32,000 bases of DNA from Acinetobacter wanghuae (GTDB taxonomy: Bacteria > Pseudomonadota > Gammaproteobacteria > Pseudomonadales > Moraxellaceae). A model generated the notes under the pieces. The model did no database searches and was not told the DNA's origin. It was given only the letters and a program-made list of their open reading frames with translations. The position numbers and the translations under genes were made by a program. Of the stretch, positions 29,353-32,000 are shown in pieces. Each line of letters opens with the position of its first letter. Position 1 is the first letter of the stretch. Where the stretch lies: positions 660,001 through 692,000 of the forward strand of contig NZ_CP045650.1 of assembly GCF_009557235.1 (NCBI RefSeq), written 5' to 3'.

Positions 29353-30390
29353 TTACAGGAATGATTCTGGCTGTTTTGCCGCAGTACGTGCCACTTGTGG
29401 GCTAATCATGCCCTTAGACACCAAGGTTTTTAAGCTTTGGTCAAGGGTGGTCATACCATAGTTGGCACCCGTTTGAATTGCAGAATACATCTGAGCAACT
29501 TTGTTTTCACGGATGAGGTTACGAATTGCAGGAATACCAATCATGATTTCATGGGCTGCCACACGACCACCGCCATTTTTCTTGAGCAGGGTTTGTGAAA
29601 TGACGGCTTGTAGTGATTCAGACAACATGGCACGAACCATGTCTTTTTCTTCAGCAGGGAACACGTCAATCACACGGTCAATAGTTTTTGCGGCAGAAGT
29701 GGTATGTAGTGTACCGAAGACCAAGTGACCCGTTTCCGCAGCTGTTAGCGCCAAACGAATGGTTTCTAAGTCACGCATCTCACCGACAAGAATAATATCA
29801 GGGTCTTCACGTAGTGCTGAACGCAGTGCTTCGTTAAAGCCATGCGTATCACGGTGTACTTCACGTTGGTTGACCAAACATTTTTTTGATTGGTGTACAA
29901 ACTCGATTGGATCTTCGACCGTTAAAATATGGTCATAACGGTTGTCATTAATGTAATCAATCAAAGCCGCCAGTGTGGTTGATTTACCTGAACCAGTTGG
30001 ACCGGTCACTAAAACTAAGCCACGCGGGAATTCACAGATATCTTTAAAGATTTGACCTAAACCTAAATCTTCAATGGTGAGTACTTTTGATGGAATAGTA
30101 CGAAATACAGCACCTGCGCCACGATTTTGGTTAAATGCGTTCACACGGAAACGAGCCACACCCGGAACTTCAAATGAAAAGTCAGTTTCTAAGTGTTCTT
30201 CGAAGTCACGACGCTGTTTATCATTCATGATGTCATAAACAAGCTTATGGACTTCTTTGTGTTCTAATACCGGTAGATTAATACGACGAACTTCACCATC
30301 GACCCGAATCATCGGTGGCATACCCGCAGATAAATGTAAGTCTGATGCGCCGTTTTTAGCAGAAAAGGCTAATAATTCTGTAATATCCAT
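29353..30390 (-). CDS. pilT: Type IV pilus twitching-motility ATPase PilT.
   Basis: The 345-aa product contains GASDLHLSAGMPPMIRVDGE, GPTGSGKSTTLAA and ILVGEMRDLETI, plus the AIRNLIRE motif. Confidence 0.95.
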   Translation of the reverse strand: MDITELLAFSAKNGASDLHLSAGMPPMIRVDGEVRRINLPVLEHKEVHKLVYDIMNDKQRRDFEEHLETDFSFEVPGVARFRVNAFNQNRGAGAVFRTIPSKVLTIEDLGLGQIFKDICEFPRGLVLVTGPTGSGKSTTLAALIDYINDNRYDHILTVEDPIEFVHQSKKCLVNQREVHRDTHGFNEALRSALREDPDIILVGEMRDLETIRLALTAAETGHLVFGTLHTTSAAKTIDRVIDVFPAEEKDMVRAMLSESLQAVISQTLLKKNGGGRVAAHEIMIGIPAIRNLIRENKVAQMYSAIQTGANYGMTTLDQSLKTLVSKGMISPQVARTAAKQPESFL

Positions 30391-30513
30391 AAAGTCCCCG
30401 AGATCATTTAAATGTTATTTATTTTGATAGAATAATAAGGCTTTCCCACAGCTTAACCAACACTTTGTTGATGGGCAAGGGAAAAAAAGATCAACGAAAT
30501 GAGAACCCCGTCA

Positions 30514-31203
30514 ATGAATATGTTGCAGCAATCACGAAATCAAGTTTTAGCGCAAATTCACGCTGCTTGCGAGCAAGCACAGCGCGATAAAAACAGGGTG
30601 CAACTTTTGGCCGTATCTAAAACTCATCCGAGTGACGTTTTGTCGGAAATGTATCAAACTGGGCAACGTGCATTTGGAGAAAACTACCTGCAAGAAGCCT
30701 TAGATAAGATTGAAAAACTAAAAGATTTACAGATTGAATGGCATTTTATTGGTCACGTACAGCGTAATAAAACCAAGCACTTGGCTGAAAAGTTTTCATG
30801 GGTGCATGGAGTTGATCGTTTGATTATTGCTGAGCGTTTATCGACTCAAAGGGATGCATCACAAGCGCCACTCAATATTTGCTTACAAGTGAATATTGAT
30901 GAGCAAGATACAAAAGATGGTTGCCAGCCAGCGGAAGTAGCCGAATTGGTTGCGCAAATCAGCCAACTGCCAAATTTAAAATTACGCGGATTAATGGTGA
31001 TTCCTGCACCCAATAACACAGAAGCCTTCAAAGATGCCAAAGCACTATTTGATGCTGTGAAAGTTCAACATAAAAATCCTGAAGATTGGGATACCTTGAG
31101 CATGGGGATGTCAGGCGATATGGATGCAGCGATTGCCGCAGGCTCAACCATGGTGCGTGTAGGAACAGCGTTGTTTGGGGCAAGAGATTATTCACCAAAG
31201 TAA
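30514..31203 (+). CDS. yggS: YggS-family pyridoxal-phosphate homeostasis protein.
   Basis: The product contains LLAVSKTHP (with the PLP-binding Lys), FGENYLQE, WHFIGHVQRNK, LSMGMSGD and MVRVGTALFG. The start is ambiguous among 30499, 30514 and 30520. Its divergent arrangement with pilT matches Pseudomonas. Confidence 0.9.
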   Translation: MNMLQQSRNQVLAQIHAACEQAQRDKNRVQLLAVSKTHPSDVLSEMYQTGQRAFGENYLQEALDKIEKLKDLQIEWHFIGHVQRNKTKHLAEKFSWVHGVDRLIIAERLSTQRDASQAPLNICLQVNIDEQDTKDGCQPAEVAELVAQISQLPNLKLRGLMVIPAPNNTEAFKDAKALFDAVKVQHKNPEDWDTLSMGMSGDMDAAIAAGSTMVRVGTALFGARDYSPK

Positions 31204-31222
31204 GAAGATAAATCCTCCCTAG

Positions 31223-31243
31223 CCCTCCTTTATTAAAGGAGGG
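31223..31243. terminator. Stem-loop between the convergent yggS and sbcC. It has no clear U-tract.
   Basis: The sequence is CCCTCCTTT-ATT-AAAGGAGGG, a perfect 9-bp stem. Confidence 0.45.
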
Positions 31244-31259
31244 AATGTGCCATTTGAGC

Positions 31260-32000
31260 TTAACCTATTACCTCGATGGTACTTGCACCTGCACCTACAG
31301 GCTTGACCTGAATCTGTACCGGAATCCGTTCATGCATTTCTTGAACATGTGAAATGAGCACGACTTTACGCCCTTGGCTTTGCAAATGATCTAGTGCATT
31401 CATGACCATATGCAAGGATGCAGGGTCGAGTGTGCCGAAGCCTTCATCAATAAACAGCGATTCAAGCTTCATTGAACCCGATGCCATATTGGCAATCGCC
31501 AGTGCTAAAGCCAAAGAAACAAGGAAAGTTTCACCGCCTGAGAGTGACAGGACAGGACGGATTTCGCTGTTCATATCGAGGTCAATAATGGCTAAGCTTA
31601 AACTGTTCGGAATACGGTGCAATTGATAACGTGGTGCAAGTGGTTGTAGTTGTTGGTTGGCATATTCCACCAGAATATCCAAATGATGCTCTTGCGCGAT
31701 TTTTTGGAATTTAGTGCCTTCTTTATGCCCAATCAAGTCATAGATCCGACCCCAACGGTATTCCTCAGCTTTAACTTGTTCAATTTGAGTTTGATATTTC
31801 GCATAAGTGGCTTGATTACTGGCATTTATCCGCAGTTTGGCATCAAGCTCATTAAAGGCATCTTGTTGAGTGGTTTTTTCAAGATGGATGTCACTCAGCT
31901 TTTGCTCAATGAGCTCAAATTCATGCTCGGGTTGTCGCTTTAAATGTGCTTGATATTGTTCCTCTAAGAGCTGCCATGCAGTTTTAGCATTTTCTAAAAT
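31260..32000 (-). CDS. sbcC: Exonuclease SbcCD ATPase subunit SbcC, C-terminal part. The gene continues beyond the window.
   Basis: The C-terminus contains LSGGETFLVSLALALAIANM, LFIDEGFGTLD and LISHVQEMHERIPVQIQV, matching SbcC. The track start at 31736 is a TTG. I translated the minus frame by hand from 31737 to 32000. It stays open and reads as coiled-coil sequence (QKLSDIHLEKTTQQDAFNELDAKLR...). Confidence 0.85.
   Translation of the reverse strand: MLENAKTAWQLLEEQYQAHLKRQPEHEFELIEQKLSDIHLEKTTQQDAFNELDAKLRINASNQATYAKYQTQIEQVKAEEYRWGRIYDLIGHKEGTKFQKIAQEHHLDILVEYANQQLQPLAPRYQLHRIPNSLSLAIIDLDMNSEIRPVLSLSGGETFLVSLALALAIANMASGSMKLESLFIDEGFGTLDPASLHMVMNALDHLQSQGRKVVLISHVQEMHERIPVQIQVKPVGAGASTIEVIG

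Overview
This 32 kb window is ordinary core chromosome. It is about 40% GC, densely coding, and bounded by clean rho-independent terminators. Gene content, gene order and protein sequences suggest a Moraxellaceae/Acinetobacter-like gammaproteobacterium. That assignment is an inference and I cannot confirm it by search here. Gene order is as follows. An acidic ORF lies at the left edge, then the str operon (rpsL-rpsG-fusA-tuf), then a COG3687-type metal-dependent hydrolase and rimI. Next come the N-end-rule pair aat-bpt (minus strand), trxB (minus), ftsK, a 95-aa hypothetical gene (minus) and minCDE (minus). These are followed by a YihG-type acyltransferase plus a voltage-sensor-like membrane protein (minus), a YiaD-like OmpA lipoprotein, rep and dut-algC-argB. 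The rest is a YafJ-like class II amidotransferase, a bacteriohemerythrin, a polytopic membrane protein coupled to an RnfH-family gene, bamE (minus), fur, pilT-pilU (minus), yggS and the 3' part of sbcC (minus, running off the window). The supplied ORF track accepts TTG and GTG as starts, so several track ORFs carry false N-terminal extensions. I corrected these using homolog N-termini and Shine-Dalgarno positions. I found no tRNA or rRNA genes, CRISPR array, transposase, integrase, phage genes or recognisable defence system. I also found no convincing novel multi-gene system. The items most worth a second look are these: (1) a voltage-sensor-domain-like protein with no pore, whose gene starts 10 nt after the acyltransferase stop; (2) a 228-bp hairpin-rich element bounded by inverted repeats, downstream of minE; (3) a 130-nt structured rpsG-fusA spacer with a terminator-like hairpin inside the str operon; (4) an RnfH gene overlapping (TAATG) a polytopic membrane protein gene where E. 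coli has ratA; (5) a hemerythrin whose C-terminal tail resembles the MinD membrane-targeting sequence. All five are hypotheses from reading the sequence and none was checked against a database.
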